Positions 7,414-17,088 of a DNA stretch of 64,000 nt are shown here, one piece after another. The position numbers and the translations under genes are program-made. Under the pieces are notes generated by a model. That model did no database searches. It was not told where the DNA came from and saw nothing but the letters and a program-made list of their open reading frames with translations. The stretch comes from a virus, in the IMG/VR virus record IMGVR_UViG_3300005573_000060, positions 65,698 through 129,697 of that record. One strand, written 5' to 3'. Position 1 is the first letter of the stretch. Each line of letters begins with the position of its first letter.

Positions 7414-8217
7414 TTATTTCTTTCTTAGTTTTCTTCCAAAAATTTTTCTAAATATACTCTTTTTATCTTCAGGTTTTATATTAGCTATTTTTTTGTTTAG
7501 TGTTTCAGGATTAGAATCAGCATCAATTGCTGTCCAAATTTCCCAGTGCATTCCAAAATCTTTAAATGGATAATATGTGTATCCATTATCTCCCCATGCA
7601 TTGCTCCAGGAGTTTCTTATAATAAATGAATCTTCTAAATAACCACAAACACAAACTGCATGCCCACCTAATAATACTTGTCCAGTATAATCAGGTTTCC
7701 AAAATTCCATTTTATTTGGATTATAAACCGGAAATGCTATGTAACAGGGGCCGTTTGCAAATAGTGCCTTTTTCAGAGATTCTATTGTACTAATTCTAGC
7801 ATATCCTTGAATTTTATAGTGTTCGGCTATATCTAATAATTCTTTTGTTATAGGAGAGTTAGAACCATATTTATAATTAAATTCCGGAACGATTCCTATT
7901 TTATACAAAATCTCCATTGTATTTCTTGGAGTCATTCCTTCTTCTGGAGCATTTTCTCTAAGATTGTATACAAATTGAGGAGACATATAATCTTTAAACT
8001 GAACATCTATAAATTCTTCCCACTCTTTTATCGCCGCAGCGGTTTGAGCAGAACAAGTTCCATACATTCCTTGATCTCTTACTGGTCTCATTTGATCTCT
8101 TAGATCCCATGTTTTTGGTAATGTAACAGTTTCAGGATAAATTGTTTCTAACAAGAAATCTCTTTTATCATCAGGAGATTTTAAAAGATTAAATTTATAC
8201 TGATTAGTATCTATCAT
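7414..8217 (-). CDS. Papain-like (C1) cysteine peptidase
   Basis: DQGMYGTCSA (Q, Cys), GGHAV (His), RNSW (Asn), WGDNGY. Confidence 0.9.
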   Translation of the reverse strand: MIDTNQYKFNLLKSPDDKRDFLLETIYPETVTLPKTWDLRDQMRPVRDQGMYGTCSAQTAAAIKEWEEFIDVQFKDYMSPQFVYNLRENAPEEGMTPRNTMEILYKIGIVPEFNYKYGSNSPITKELLDIAEHYKIQGYARISTIESLKKALFANGPCYIAFPVYNPNKMEFWKPDYTGQVLLGGHAVCVCGYLEDSFIIRNSWSNAWGDNGYTYYPFKDFGMHWEIWTAIDADSNPETLNKKIANIKPEDKKSIFRKIFGRKLRKK

Positions 8218-8282
8218 ATATAAAAAATTATTTTTATTTATATATCTATATTCTTATAAGAAATTTTAAAAGTTTTTTATAT

Positions 8283-8939
8283 TTACATAGAAGCAACATC
8301 ACTTAAATTTTTATAGTCTATTTGTTCTTCTAGAGTAATAGCCAACATATCTGCAGCAATTATTATTCTAACAAGAGGATCATTTATAGCATCAGAATAC
8401 GCATAATTTTGAGGTGTATTTGCTAACATAGTTGATACTTCAGTTGAACCCATATGCCATCTAATAGCCAATGCTTCAGAATATGTTAATTTAATAAATT
8501 GAGATATTAAATATAAACTTTTTTCACCGTGTCCAAGAGGAAAACTATCTTTCACTTTATATGATATATAATCTTTCCATCTTCCATCATCACCTTTTGT
8601 CCACTTTTTATCTAAAAAATATGTGTTTACTTTACATATGTCATGAAATAATCCACAAATAATAACAGATTCTTGCAAATCTTTAAACTTTGAATCATGT
8701 TTAATCATCATATTTAAATTATGAAGAGCAAACCGTGTAACATTTATAGAATGCGCAAGTAACCCACCTTCATAATTTCCATGATAATTTGTTGAAGCTG
8801 GAGCAGTAAAAAAATCTGTTTCTTCTTTAAGCCATTTAACAAGATCATCAACACCTTCTCTTTTTATATATGTTAATGCTTTGTTAAAACTTTCTAATGC
8901 TGAAACATTATTTTCTAAATCTTTCATATTTTTTATCAT
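8283..8939 (-). CDS. HD-domain phosphohydrolase
   Basis: APAS...HGNYEGGLLAHS, LFHDICK, GHGEKS, IRWHMG, ADM. Confidence 0.9.
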   Translation of the reverse strand: MIKNMKDLENNVSALESFNKALTYIKREGVDDLVKWLKEETDFFTAPASTNYHGNYEGGLLAHSINVTRFALHNLNMMIKHDSKFKDLQESVIICGLFHDICKVNTYFLDKKWTKGDDGRWKDYISYKVKDSFPLGHGEKSLYLISQFIKLTYSEALAIRWHMGSTEVSTMLANTPQNYAYSDAINDPLVRIIIAADMLAITLEEQIDYKNLSDVASM

Positions 8940-9712
8940 TTAATGGCTAACAGTTCTTGATTTTGTTTATCTTCATAAGAAAAGTACTCAATAATTTTTT
9001 CATCTGGTAATTTTATTATCCTTTCATACATTGATATCGATGTATTCATGTTTATGTAAAATACATAATTTCTAAGTTTAGATTCATAATGAGAAACGGA
9101 TGCATATCGGTATCCATTTACATTAATAAATTTTCCATCTTTTAAAAGATCATATACTTTCTTATTATTTACTAAATATTTTTCTCTAAGTAAGATTAAA
9201 TAGGGTTCTATAGATTCATTTGGATCTTTATAAATATACCCAATTTTTCCGTTATCATAAGTTCCAACATTCCAAACAGAGTTTGTTATAGCAGCCTTTC
9301 CTCTTGTTCCTAAATGAGATTCTAAGATACCTTGAGCTAAAGCAAATGTAATATCAATATCATACTTTATACATAAATTTACAAATAACTCTGAGTTAAT
9401 TTTATTTCCAGGACAAATTCTATTCATATACTCATCCACCTCTTTTACAAGATTTTTACTTAATCTTGATCTAATCAACTTAGGAAATTCACTTGAATCT
9501 ATATTAGTAGTATTAGTAGTATTTAAAACTGATATATTACTAGATTCTGATAATGCCGGATATTTAGAACCTATATTAAGAAATAAAAATACAATTAAAA
9601 GAAATGCAAATTTACTAAATCTTTTTAATATATTTTTAAGAATCAGCAAAATACTTGTAGAACATTTCATTTTATTGTCTTGTTCTATAGACATTTCGTT
9701 TTTTCTTTTCAT
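8936..9712 (-). CDS. Glucosaminidase/lysozyme-like peptidoglycan hydrolase with N-terminal membrane anchor
   Basis: FALAQGILESHLGT, N.WNVG, RYAS...YE, N-terminal hydrophobic segment. Confidence 0.65.
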   Translation of the reverse strand: MKRKNEMSIEQDNKMKCSTSILLILKNILKRFSKFAFLLIVFLFLNIGSKYPALSESSNISVLNTTNTTNIDSSEFPKLIRSRLSKNLVKEVDEYMNRICPGNKINSELFVNLCIKYDIDITFALAQGILESHLGTRGKAAITNSVWNVGTYDNGKIGYIYKDPNESIEPYLILLREKYLVNNKKVYDLLKDGKFINVNGYRYASVSHYESKLRNYVFYINMNTSISMYERIIKLPDEKIIEYFSYEDKQNQELLAIK

Positions 9713-9734
9713 TTTTAAAATTATTTAAGTTTGA

Positions 9735-10280
9735 TTATTGAGTGAAAAGTGATATGCTCTTGTATGAAGATGTATGATCATCATCTTCTTTTTCTATCTC
9801 TTTATTAATTACAGGTATATAATCAATTTGTTCAAGATAAACACTATTTTCATTTATATATTCGCTTGTTCCAGAAAGCTTTTCTCCATTTTTAATATGC
9901 TTTAATATCATAAAATCTTTATCTTTAATTTTGCCATCTATAAGTTTAAGAGAAAAAAACTGCAATTGTTCTTCATCAGCTATTAATCTGGCAATACAAT
10001 TAAGTTCTTTACTTTTAATTAAAACATATTTTCCTGAATTTAACCCAAGAGAATAATTTAAAACATCTCTTGAAAAAATTCCACCTCTTCCTCTTTTCCA
10101 ATTTTTAAACTCTAATCCAGTTAAACCTAACGGTAAAAATAAAGTATGATAATTATTTACTATTGTTACTATTACATTATCTATAACATTAGGAATAATT
10201 TCACTAATGTTAATATCAACAACATTTTCTTTTGAAAAATTTGTTGATTCTTCATGATGGTTAATTTCTTCTTTATTCAT
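9735..10280 (-). CDS. Hypothetical protein
   Basis: 181-aa ORF overlapping neighbour. Confidence 0.6.
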   Translation of the reverse strand: MNKEEINHHEESTNFSKENVVDINISEIIPNVIDNVIVTIVNNYHTLFLPLGLTGLEFKNWKRGRGGIFSRDVLNYSLGLNSGKYVLIKSKELNCIARLIADEEQLQFFSLKLIDGKIKDKDFMILKHIKNGEKLSGTSEYINENSVYLEQIDYIPVINKEIEKEDDDHTSSYKSISLFTQ

Positions 10281-10488
10281 TTTGCTTATTTTTTATGAAT
10301 TTATATGATACTAATTCTATTATTGATGACGCAGTTACAATATTTTTATTTTTTATTAGATTTAATATATTTGCACTCCAAGTACTTGGGTCTACACACA
10401 TATCAGGTTGTGTTAAATATTTATATACTTGAGGAATTCCTCCTTCTTCATAATTTCTAATGACTTCTATTACTCTTGGGCTTTTCAT
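10273..10488 (-). CDS. Hypothetical protein
   Basis: 71-aa ORF with ATGA overlap. Confidence 0.55.
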   Translation of the reverse strand: MKSPRVIEVIRNYEEGGIPQVYKYLTQPDMCVDPSTWSANILNLIKNKNIVTASSIIELVSYKFIKNKQNE

Positions 10489-10901
10489 TTTTGTTTCAAA
10501 AGTTCCTCAAATTTTTTTAGTTCTTCAATCATACTTTTATTATAAAATAAAAGAGCATCTTCAACTGATTTACGATCTATTTTCATATATTTACAATACT
10601 CTTTTATTAGTTCATTGCTAACGCTTGCGTTCTTTTCTTTTATTTCTTGATTTTTTTTAACTCCCTTTACATACATCCATCCCGGAACTTTATTAAATTG
10701 TTTTCTTAGAAATATATGCCAAAAATCTATTACAGCAGATTGATTGACCTTTATATGCTGAAGAGCATTTGCTTGCATTGGAAAATTTATGGAGAATCTT
10801 CTCTGACACATGAAAAAATGACGCCTTTTTTCACCAGCAAATACTTTTTCATATTCTTTGGGGTTAGTAAAAATAATATTTATAAAATCAAATAACTCCA
10901 T
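10485..10901 (-). CDS. Probable clamp-loader small subunit (T4 gp62-like)
   Basis: MELFDFINII, FMCQRRFSINFP, K...W, LIKEY..M pattern; close to gp44-like gene. Confidence 0.55.
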   Translation of the reverse strand: MELFDFINIIFTNPKEYEKVFAGEKRRHFFMCQRRFSINFPMQANALQHIKVNQSAVIDFWHIFLRKQFNKVPGWMYVKGVKKNQEIKEKNASVSNELIKEYCKYMKIDRKSVEDALLFYNKSMIEELKKFEELLKQK

Positions 10902-10952
10902 AAAAATGAAATACTTATATTATATATAATATAAAGACATTAGATATAAGTT

Positions 10953-12146
10953 TTAAAATAAACCATTTTTATGCCCCTGTACTCTATCAATTTGCTTAAA
11001 TATAATGGATTCATTTTCAGATCTCATGTTATCTAAATATTTAGTTCCTTCAAGTAAATCTTGCATCTTTAAACTTAATAAACTTATTTTAGGTGTTATT
11101 TCATAGTCATTTTTAATGGTTTCAAATTCTTTACATATATTATCCGGAAAAAATGTCGAATCTAATATCACAAGTTTGATTTGACGTTTAAGTCTTTCTT
11201 CCACATTAAATGTGGGCTTAAATTTCAAAACATCTGTAAAAGCTTCTTCAACCAAACTAACATTATTTAAAAGAACATTGTAATTAATATTATTAGTATT
11301 TAGTTTATTAGAAATGTATTCTATGATCTTTTCGAATTTTGAGTTAGTTATTCTCTTTTCTTCGTCCTCTCCATTTTTATTTTTGACTAACCATGTATGA
11401 AATGCAGGAACGTTATCGCCATCATCTCCACAAAAAATCTTACGCATTCCAATTATAGAGCCATTAACTACTTCCATTTTTACTTTTTCATGAGCTATAA
11501 TTCTTTTAAAATCTTCTTTATCAATATTTACAGTTAAACTCATGTTCATGAAATCAACTTCATCGGGAGTATTTATCCAGGTTTCAAATTCCTTAGAAAC
11601 ATAAAGTTTTCTTGAAGCATTCTTTCCTTGCATAAAGGGATTAAAAACTGTCACAAAAACTTGATTATTAGATTTAGTTTTATGTGAAGTAACCAATTGA
11701 CGTATATCTTCATCTCCTGATACTATGATAACATTTTGTTCTTTATTTATTAAAATTTCTTTTGACCACAAAGATATAATATCATCTGCTTCTGCTCTTG
11801 ATATCTTCGAAACTATCATTCCCTTCTGTTTCACAATATCAGTGAATTCATCCATTACAGCATAAACATTATCCCAATTTACTATTTTACTTTTAACTCT
11901 ATTTCCTTTGTATCCGTCATTCTCATCAATTTTAATATCTTTTCTCCAAGAGCTATCATCCTGACAAAATATAACTTTAGAAGGATTTATAATACGAATT
12001 ATAAAAGAAACGTCCATTGAAATCTTTCTCATCAATTGGTCTATCTCACTTTGTGTATCAAAAGTATATTTCTTTGATCCATAATCACTCATTATAAAGA
12101 GAGATCGATATACTATATTATTTAAGTCAAATATAAGATTATTCAT
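10953..12146 (-). CDS. rnh: 5'-3' exonuclease/flap endonuclease (T4 RNase H-like)
   Basis: FDLNNIVYR, EADDII, SGDEDI.QL, GDDGDNVP acidic motifs. Confidence 0.88.
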   Translation of the reverse strand: MNNLIFDLNNIVYRSLFIMSDYGSKKYTFDTQSEIDQLMRKISMDVSFIIRIINPSKVIFCQDDSSWRKDIKIDENDGYKGNRVKSKIVNWDNVYAVMDEFTDIVKQKGMIVSKISRAEADDIISLWSKEILINKEQNVIIVSGDEDIRQLVTSHKTKSNNQVFVTVFNPFMQGKNASRKLYVSKEFETWINTPDEVDFMNMSLTVNIDKEDFKRIIAHEKVKMEVVNGSIIGMRKIFCGDDGDNVPAFHTWLVKNKNGEDEEKRITNSKFEKIIEYISNKLNTNNINYNVLLNNVSLVEEAFTDVLKFKPTFNVEERLKRQIKLVILDSTFFPDNICKEFETIKNDYEITPKISLLSLKMQDLLEGTKYLDNMRSENESIIFKQIDRVQGHKNGLF

Positions 12147-12160
12147 ACATATTTTTTTAA

Positions 12161-13120
12161 TTATTTACTATTCATTATTAATTGTATTTTAAAAACTAAT
12201 GACAATAATGTAATCATTTTATCGATAACAAAATTAAGTTGTTGCTGATGCTCTGCTGCAGCTATTATGACATGTGGAATTTTATCTATTTTCTCTGGAG
12301 CATAACTTTTAACATATTCAATAAAATTTCCATTTATGGCTGCAACAGCTTCATCAATTTTACTTGAGTACTCACTTACAATAAATTTATAATTTTCATA
12401 AGGCTTATCAGGTTTACTTAAACATAATTTGTAAAGATCTTCAAAATCAAAATTTATGTTAAACTTCTTTTCATCTAATTCTTGTATTCCTTGAAGATAA
12501 AAACTCTGAAGTTTGTTTAACAAAGATCGCATATCAGGAAAGTCACTCCTAACAAATTTATCAAGTACTTCTGGTGTGTATCTTACTTTAATGGCATTAA
12601 GTATTAATGCAACTCTTTTTTTGTATTCTTCTATAAGATAATTCTCTTCTTCAGTATTTATAGGATCATAAGAAATACAGTTAAATCTAGATTGAATAGC
12701 TTCTGGAACTTTTTGAATATAGTTACATGATGCAATGAATCTAGCTACATTAGAGTATCTTTCCATACTAGCCTTGAAAGCATTAAAAAACTCTGGAGTA
12801 GCGCCATCAATCTCATCAAGTATAACACATTTCATTTTTTCTCGTCCATTTTCCAAAGATATAGTTGCACAAAATTTAGATATCTTTTCTCTTAAAGTAT
12901 CAATTCCTCTTTCTGATGAAGCATTTATATAAAGAGACGTATAAGGTTTAGATAAAATAAAAAGCGTACTAGTTTTTCCTGTTCCTGGGCTACCATATAA
13001 TAATAAATTTTGAACAAGGCCTCTTGATAATTCTTTCTTTATTCTTTCCGGCACAATTAATGTTGATAAATCTTTAGGACGAAACTTTTCTGTAAATAAC
13101 TGATTAATAGTTTGATTCAT
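12161..13120 (-). CDS. gp44: Clamp-loader large subunit (T4 gp44/RFC-like AAA+)
   Basis: EKFRPK, GSPGTGKT, INAS.ERGID, LDEID, SCN, IQSRF, DMRSLLN. Confidence 0.93.
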   Translation of the reverse strand: MNQTINQLFTEKFRPKDLSTLIVPERIKKELSRGLVQNLLLYGSPGTGKTSTLFILSKPYTSLYINASSERGIDTLREKISKFCATISLENGREKMKCVILDEIDGATPEFFNAFKASMERYSNVARFIASCNYIQKVPEAIQSRFNCISYDPINTEEENYLIEEYKKRVALILNAIKVRYTPEVLDKFVRSDFPDMRSLLNKLQSFYLQGIQELDEKKFNINFDFEDLYKLCLSKPDKPYENYKFIVSEYSSKIDEAVAAINGNFIEYVKSYAPEKIDKIPHVIIAAAEHQQQLNFVIDKMITLLSLVFKIQLIMNSK

Positions 13121-13174
13121 AAATATACTTTTATATTCTATGAAATTTTGTAGTTTTAGTTTTATTTTTTTTTT

Positions 13175-13348
13175 CTAACACTGATATGTAACTATGCTTC
13201 CGTCTTGTAATTTAACAGTAGCAACACAGTTTTCATCCATAGAAATAAGTTTTCCAATGTATGAATTTCCTGCCATGTCTGTCCACCGAACAGTTTGGCC
13301 CGGTTCGCACATATAATCTAAATAAAACACTTTTTCTTTCTTTTTCAT
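13175..13348 (-). CDS. Small SH3-like beta-barrel protein (57 aa)
   Basis: Not in track. Hand translation: MKKKEKVFYLDYMCEPGQTVRWTDMAGNSYIGKLISMDENCVATVKLQDGSIVTYQC. Confidence 0.55.
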   Translation of the reverse strand: MKKKEKVFYLDYMCEPGQTVRWTDMAGNSYIGKLISMDENCVATVKLQDGSIVTYQC

Positions 13349-13356
13349 AATCTTAA

Positions 13357-13920
13357 TTATTTATAGGTGTATTTATTATTGCTTAAAGGAGTAAGTTTTT
13401 CTATAGCCTCTAAAATTCTATAATTATGATTAAATGCCCACTCATAGCTTGATATTTTATCGATACGTATCCACTTAACTTCATCAACTTCTTTACATTT
13501 ATATTCTTCAACTTTCTTAGGGAACTCTTTTTGAGAGAAATCTAAAATAACACAATATAAAAGTATGATATCTTGTTTATTATTATCATTTGGATTAGTG
13601 ATAATGAAAAATGGTTCTCTATTATTATCAAATACTATTTCATTCTTATATTTATTTATTAGAAAAGATGTTTCTTCATATAATTCTCTACGCATTGCAT
13701 CCCATCCATCTTCGTTAAAATTAATATATCCACTCGGAACACACCAAAGATTTTGCCCATTTAGCATTTTATTTGATCTTTTTTCTGCCAAAACAAAAAG
13801 ATTATTATTCTTATCCATCATTATAATAATAGCCGCTACAACTACTGATCTAGATTCCCACACTTCTTTTCCATCAATAATATGTAATGTATTCTCTTTA
13901 CTATTAAAGAGTGGCTTCAT
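13357..13920 (-). CDS. Nudix hydrolase
   Basis: Nudix box GYINFNEDGWDAMRRELYEET; WAFNH. Confidence 0.9.
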   Translation of the reverse strand: MKPLFNSKENTLHIIDGKEVWESRSVVVAAIIIMMDKNNNLFVLAEKRSNKMLNGQNLWCVPSGYINFNEDGWDAMRRELYEETSFLINKYKNEIVFDNNREPFFIITNPNDNNKQDIILLYCVILDFSQKEFPKKVEEYKCKEVDEVKWIRIDKISSYEWAFNHNYRILEAIEKLTPLSNNKYTYK

Positions 13921-14104
13921 ATATCATCCAAATTATAATGAAAATAATTATAGTTGGCCAGAAAACTCTCAATATATTTTGATAAATTTTTAAAAATTTT
14001 TCTTTGTTACATGATTTAATAAAACACAAATCTATAAATAGAAATTCTACTAGTATTGTTACTATTATCAAAATAAATATTAATATAGTTAAAAACTTGA
14101 TCAT
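13904..14104 (-). CDS. Small membrane protein
   Basis: Two hydrophobic segments. Confidence 0.5.
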   Translation of the reverse strand: MIKFLTILIFILIIVTILVEFLFIDLCFIKSCNKEKFLKIYQNILRVFWPTIIIFIIIWMIYEATL

Positions 14105-14764
14105 TTATTCTAATATTAATCCTATTCCGGATATATTTCTAATATTCATATTAATTTCATTTTCTCTAAAAGTATTTCTTAGATATGTTATATAAACATC
14201 CATGCTTCTTTTTGTAAAATAATCTGTTTTATGCCATACTTTTTCTAAGATAATATCTTTTTTTACAGTACTCTTATAATTTGATGAAAGTACTTCTAAA
14301 ATTCCGCCTTCTTTTATGGATAGTTTCTTTATTTCTTTGTTATTATGATAAAGAGTTCTATTTGATGGGTCATAAACACAATCTCCAAACTCTATTTTAT
14401 CGCCAAGCTTTGATGTAAGTCTTTGAAGAGTGTTAAATGTTTTAGTGTACATATTTACGTTATACAATACAACTTTAACAAGATCGTTATAATCTGTAAA
14501 ATATGGTATTACTATATCTACTCCTCTTACAATATTTGAACTTGCATTTTTAATAAAAATTACAGGAACATAAGGATAAAATCTTTTTACCGAATCAACT
14601 ATCTTTTGCGTATAATTTGAATCTAATATAATGTATGCATCAACATCATCTTCCAATTTCTTCAAACTATCCACTGTTAAATTTATAACATGATAGTTTG
14701 GATCTTTATAGTCTCTAAAAGTATTGAAGAGTTCTTGGTTTTCTGTATGTACTGCTATTTTCAT
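14105..14764 (-). CDS. OmpR/PhoB-family (RprY-like) response regulator with degenerate receiver domain
   Basis: Winged-helix C-terminus (KEGGILEVL, ILEKVW, DYFTKRSMDVYITYLR, IRNISGIGLIL); receiver motifs eroded. Confidence 0.85.
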   Translation of the reverse strand: MKIAVHTENQELFNTFRDYKDPNYHVINLTVDSLKKLEDDVDAYIILDSNYTQKIVDSVKRFYPYVPVIFIKNASSNIVRGVDIVIPYFTDYNDLVKVVLYNVNMYTKTFNTLQRLTSKLGDKIEFGDCVYDPSNRTLYHNNKEIKKLSIKEGGILEVLSSNYKSTVKKDIILEKVWHKTDYFTKRSMDVYITYLRNTFRENEINMNIRNISGIGLILE

Positions 14765-14846
14765 ATTCCATGTAAAATTTATATGTAAATATAATCAAAA
14801 ACTCTGAAATAAAAAAATTTTGTTAAATTTTTTTTAATTTTTAAAT

Positions 14847-14863
14847 TGTTAAAGTTTTGTTAA
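14847..14863 (+). promoter_or_regulatory. TGTTAA-N5-TGTTAA direct-repeat box upstream of the response regulator
   Basis: tgttaaagttttgttaa plus an extra half-site at 14821-14826. Confidence 0.65.
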
Positions 14864-15202
14864 AGAATGATTATACTTTTTCTTAACTTCTTCTATGTGT
14901 TTACAATGCTTTCTAAATCCAAACCCTACGCACGTACATGACCAGATTCTTCCATCGAACATAACTCTGTACTTTTCTCCAGTTTTACTAGAAGTAACAT
15001 ATTCAATTATTTTGCGTTTTTCTTGTATTACATCATTATTTGAAGTATTCGGAGCAGATTCTTTTATCCAATTTCTTTCAACTTCTTCAAGAGTAGTTTC
15101 CATAGGCACTACATGCCACCCTGGAACTACATATTTAACACCATTTATAATTACTAAGCCTGGAGGTATGAAAGATTTAAATGTAACTTTATCGTTACTC
15201 AT
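14849..15202 (-). CDS. SWIM zinc-finger protein
   Basis: YRV...WSCTCVGFGFRKHCKHI. Confidence 0.8.
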   Translation of the reverse strand: MSNDKVTFKSFIPPGLVIINGVKYVVPGWHVVPMETTLEEVERNWIKESAPNTSNNDVIQEKRKIIEYVTSSKTGEKYRVMFDGRIWSCTCVGFGFRKHCKHIEEVKKKYNHSLTKL

Positions 15203-15497
15203 TTTTACTAAAAATTAAAAATTTGTATTTTCCACATTCCCATATAAAGGATATAGGATCTCCATTTAAATCTCTAGTGAGCCCAACATATCTAAAGATA
15301 TTTTCTTCATTTCCATCTTTCACTTTAAATTCAAATGATAGATCGTCAATTCCATTCTCAAATCCAGCATTCTTTAAATCAAAATCTGAACAAGAAAAGG
15401 CTGAATTCTGATTATCAAATGCAAGATTTCCCCTTTTATCCGGGCGATACATATTGCTCATTGAGCACTCTTCTCTATTAATATTTATTGTTATCAT
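15195..15497 (-). CDS. Hypothetical protein
   Basis: 100-aa ORF overlapping neighbours. Confidence 0.5.
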   Translation of the reverse strand: MITININREECSMSNMYRPDKRGNLAFDNQNSAFSCSDFDLKNAGFENGIDDLSFEFKVKDGNEENIFRYVGLTRDLNGDPISFIWECGKYKFLIFSKNE

Positions 15498-15718
15498 TAG
15501 AATAAATCTTTAATTTTGTTAAAAAATTTTATAATGAAGAAAATGATAAAAAAGGCTAAAATAATGACAATAACAAAAAAACTTGAAAATAAAGACCCGA
15601 TCGAAAAGCCTTCTTCGAACCAGGATTGTATTTCCGAGTATATAAAGAGTAAAAACAAAAAGGCGAAAAACATGTATACTAAACATCCACTGCCGCCATT
15701 ATTATCATTTGTTCCCAT
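15497..15718 (-). CDS. Small two-TM membrane protein
   Basis: Hydrophobic segments. Confidence 0.55.
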   Translation of the reverse strand: MGTNDNNGGSGCLVYMFFAFLFLLFIYSEIQSWFEEGFSIGSLFSSFFVIVIILAFFIIFFIIKFFNKIKDLF

Positions 15719-15737
15719 TTTGTTTAAAATTTAAAAT

Positions 15738-15908
15738 TTAAAATATCATTTTTATTACATCTATACAGAGTTTTATAAATAGAATTACAATTACAGTAGA
15801 TACAATTACAAGCAAGGGAGCGCTGCCTAAGATTATTGCTACAAAATATAAAACGCTAAATATTAGCAATATTATAAAGCTTATTAAGCATCCACCAAGT
15901 TTTTCCAT
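15738..15908 (-). CDS. Small membrane protein, paralog 1 (56 aa)
   Basis: Not in track: MEKLGGCLISFIILLIFSVLYFVAIILGSAPLLVIVSTVIVILFIKLCIDVIKMIF. Confidence 0.6.
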   Translation of the reverse strand: MEKLGGCLISFIILLIFSVLYFVAIILGSAPLLVIVSTVIVILFIKLCIDVIKMIF

Positions 15909-15925
15909 TTTTCTTTATTTTTAAG

Positions 15926-16087
15926 TTAGAATAACATTTTTCTTACATCTATATAAATTTTTATAAATAGAAACATAAGTATAATTGAGTCAATTGCAAA
16001 TAAAAGAATACTATTTAAAAGTGTTGCTACAAAAAATAAAATGCTAATCATTAGCAAATCTGATAAGTAACTATTAAAATTTTTCAT
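15926..16087 (-). CDS. Small membrane protein, paralog 2
   Basis: Track ORF 15926-16114; likely start 16087 (ATGA overlap with paralog 3); ends LFIKIYIDVRKMLF. Confidence 0.55.
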   Translation of the reverse strand: MKNFNSYLSDLLMISILFFVATLLNSILLFAIDSIILMFLFIKIYIDVRKMLF

Positions 16088-16257
16088 TTTTCTACTTTTA
16101 TTATATGTATGCAAAGTTTTATAAATAGAACAATAATTACAATAGAAATAATTACAACCAAAGGAGTGTTACCTAAAGATTTCGCTACAACATATAAAAT
16201 ACTAAATATTAGTATTTTTATGAAATCTATTAAGCATTTTGCAATTTTTTCTTCCAT
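16084..16257 (-). CDS. Small membrane protein, paralog 3 (57 aa)
   Basis: Not in track: MEEKIAKCLIDFIKILIFSILYVVAKSLGNTPLVVIISIVIIVLFIKLCIHIIKVEK. Confidence 0.6.
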   Translation of the reverse strand: MEEKIAKCLIDFIKILIFSILYVVAKSLGNTPLVVIISIVIIVLFIKLCIHIIKVEK

Positions 16258-16399
16258 TTTTATTTGTTTTTAACTTTGTAATGTAAATATAATAAAAATT
16301 TGAATACGATGTACACTTTTTTAACATTTTTTTTAATGTTTTAGAGCATTTTTTTTATAAGTTGTTAATTTTTAATACTTTAAAATATATTTTTAAATA

Positions 16400-16434
16400 A
16401 AAAGACATCTGTGCATAAAATACAGATGTCTTTT
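16400..16434. terminator. Bidirectional intrinsic terminator
   Basis: aaaagacatctgt...acagatgtctttt 13-bp stem. Confidence 0.85.
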
Positions 16435-16467
16435 GACATATAGAGTTAACTTATAATTACTTAAATA

Positions 16468-16860
16468 CTAAAAAATATCCCAATTGATAACGTTTCCTTT
16501 TTCAAAGTATACTAAAATGTCATATGAGTTTTCTTCATGAATATCATTTTCTACTAAAAGGGATAAATTGGTTATGATATATTTTTTATTCACTAAAAAT
16601 TGAATATATTTTGGTTTAAGAGCTGGTGGGTAGTTTAGTTGATACAGCGCTACATTTATAGTTGAATCTGTAAAAAATTCGATATCAGATTTTTTTAGTT
16701 TAGAAGTAGCCGCGTCCGAAATATAATATGGTATAGAAAGTTTTTTTCTTTCTCCTATGTATATAGTTACTTCTCTTTTATTTCTGTGAAAAAACTTCTT
16801 CTTAATAAAATTAGAAAATTTATAAATAATATTTTCATTACGTGCATTTTGTGTTTCCAT
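16468..16860 (-). CDS. Hypothetical protein
   Basis: 130-aa ORF. Confidence 0.55.
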   Translation of the reverse strand: METQNARNENIIYKFSNFIKKKFFHRNKREVTIYIGERKKLSIPYYISDAATSKLKKSDIEFFTDSTINVALYQLNYPPALKPKYIQFLVNKKYIITNLSLLVENDIHEENSYDILVYFEKGNVINWDIF

Positions 16861-16879
16861 TTTTTACAATTTTAACATT

Positions 16880-17077
16880 TTATTTTACTCTCCTAACAAG
16901 ATTATGCTTTGATGCTTTAAGACCATAATAATTTATTTGTTCAGAGATATTTAAAATATCCATTACGTCTTCACTTATATTAATTTTTTTAATCTTAATG
17001 AGTTCATTGTTTTTTGAAAAATATACTCCATTTTCCTGAAGCTCATTAACTCCTAAAATTTTATCATCTTGATTCAT
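16880..17077 (-). CDS. Hypothetical protein
   Basis: 65-aa ORF. Confidence 0.5.
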   Translation of the reverse strand: MNQDDKILGVNELQENGVYFSKNNELIKIKKINISEDVMDILNISEQINYYGLKASKHNLVRRVK

Positions 17078-17088
17078 AATTTAATTGT

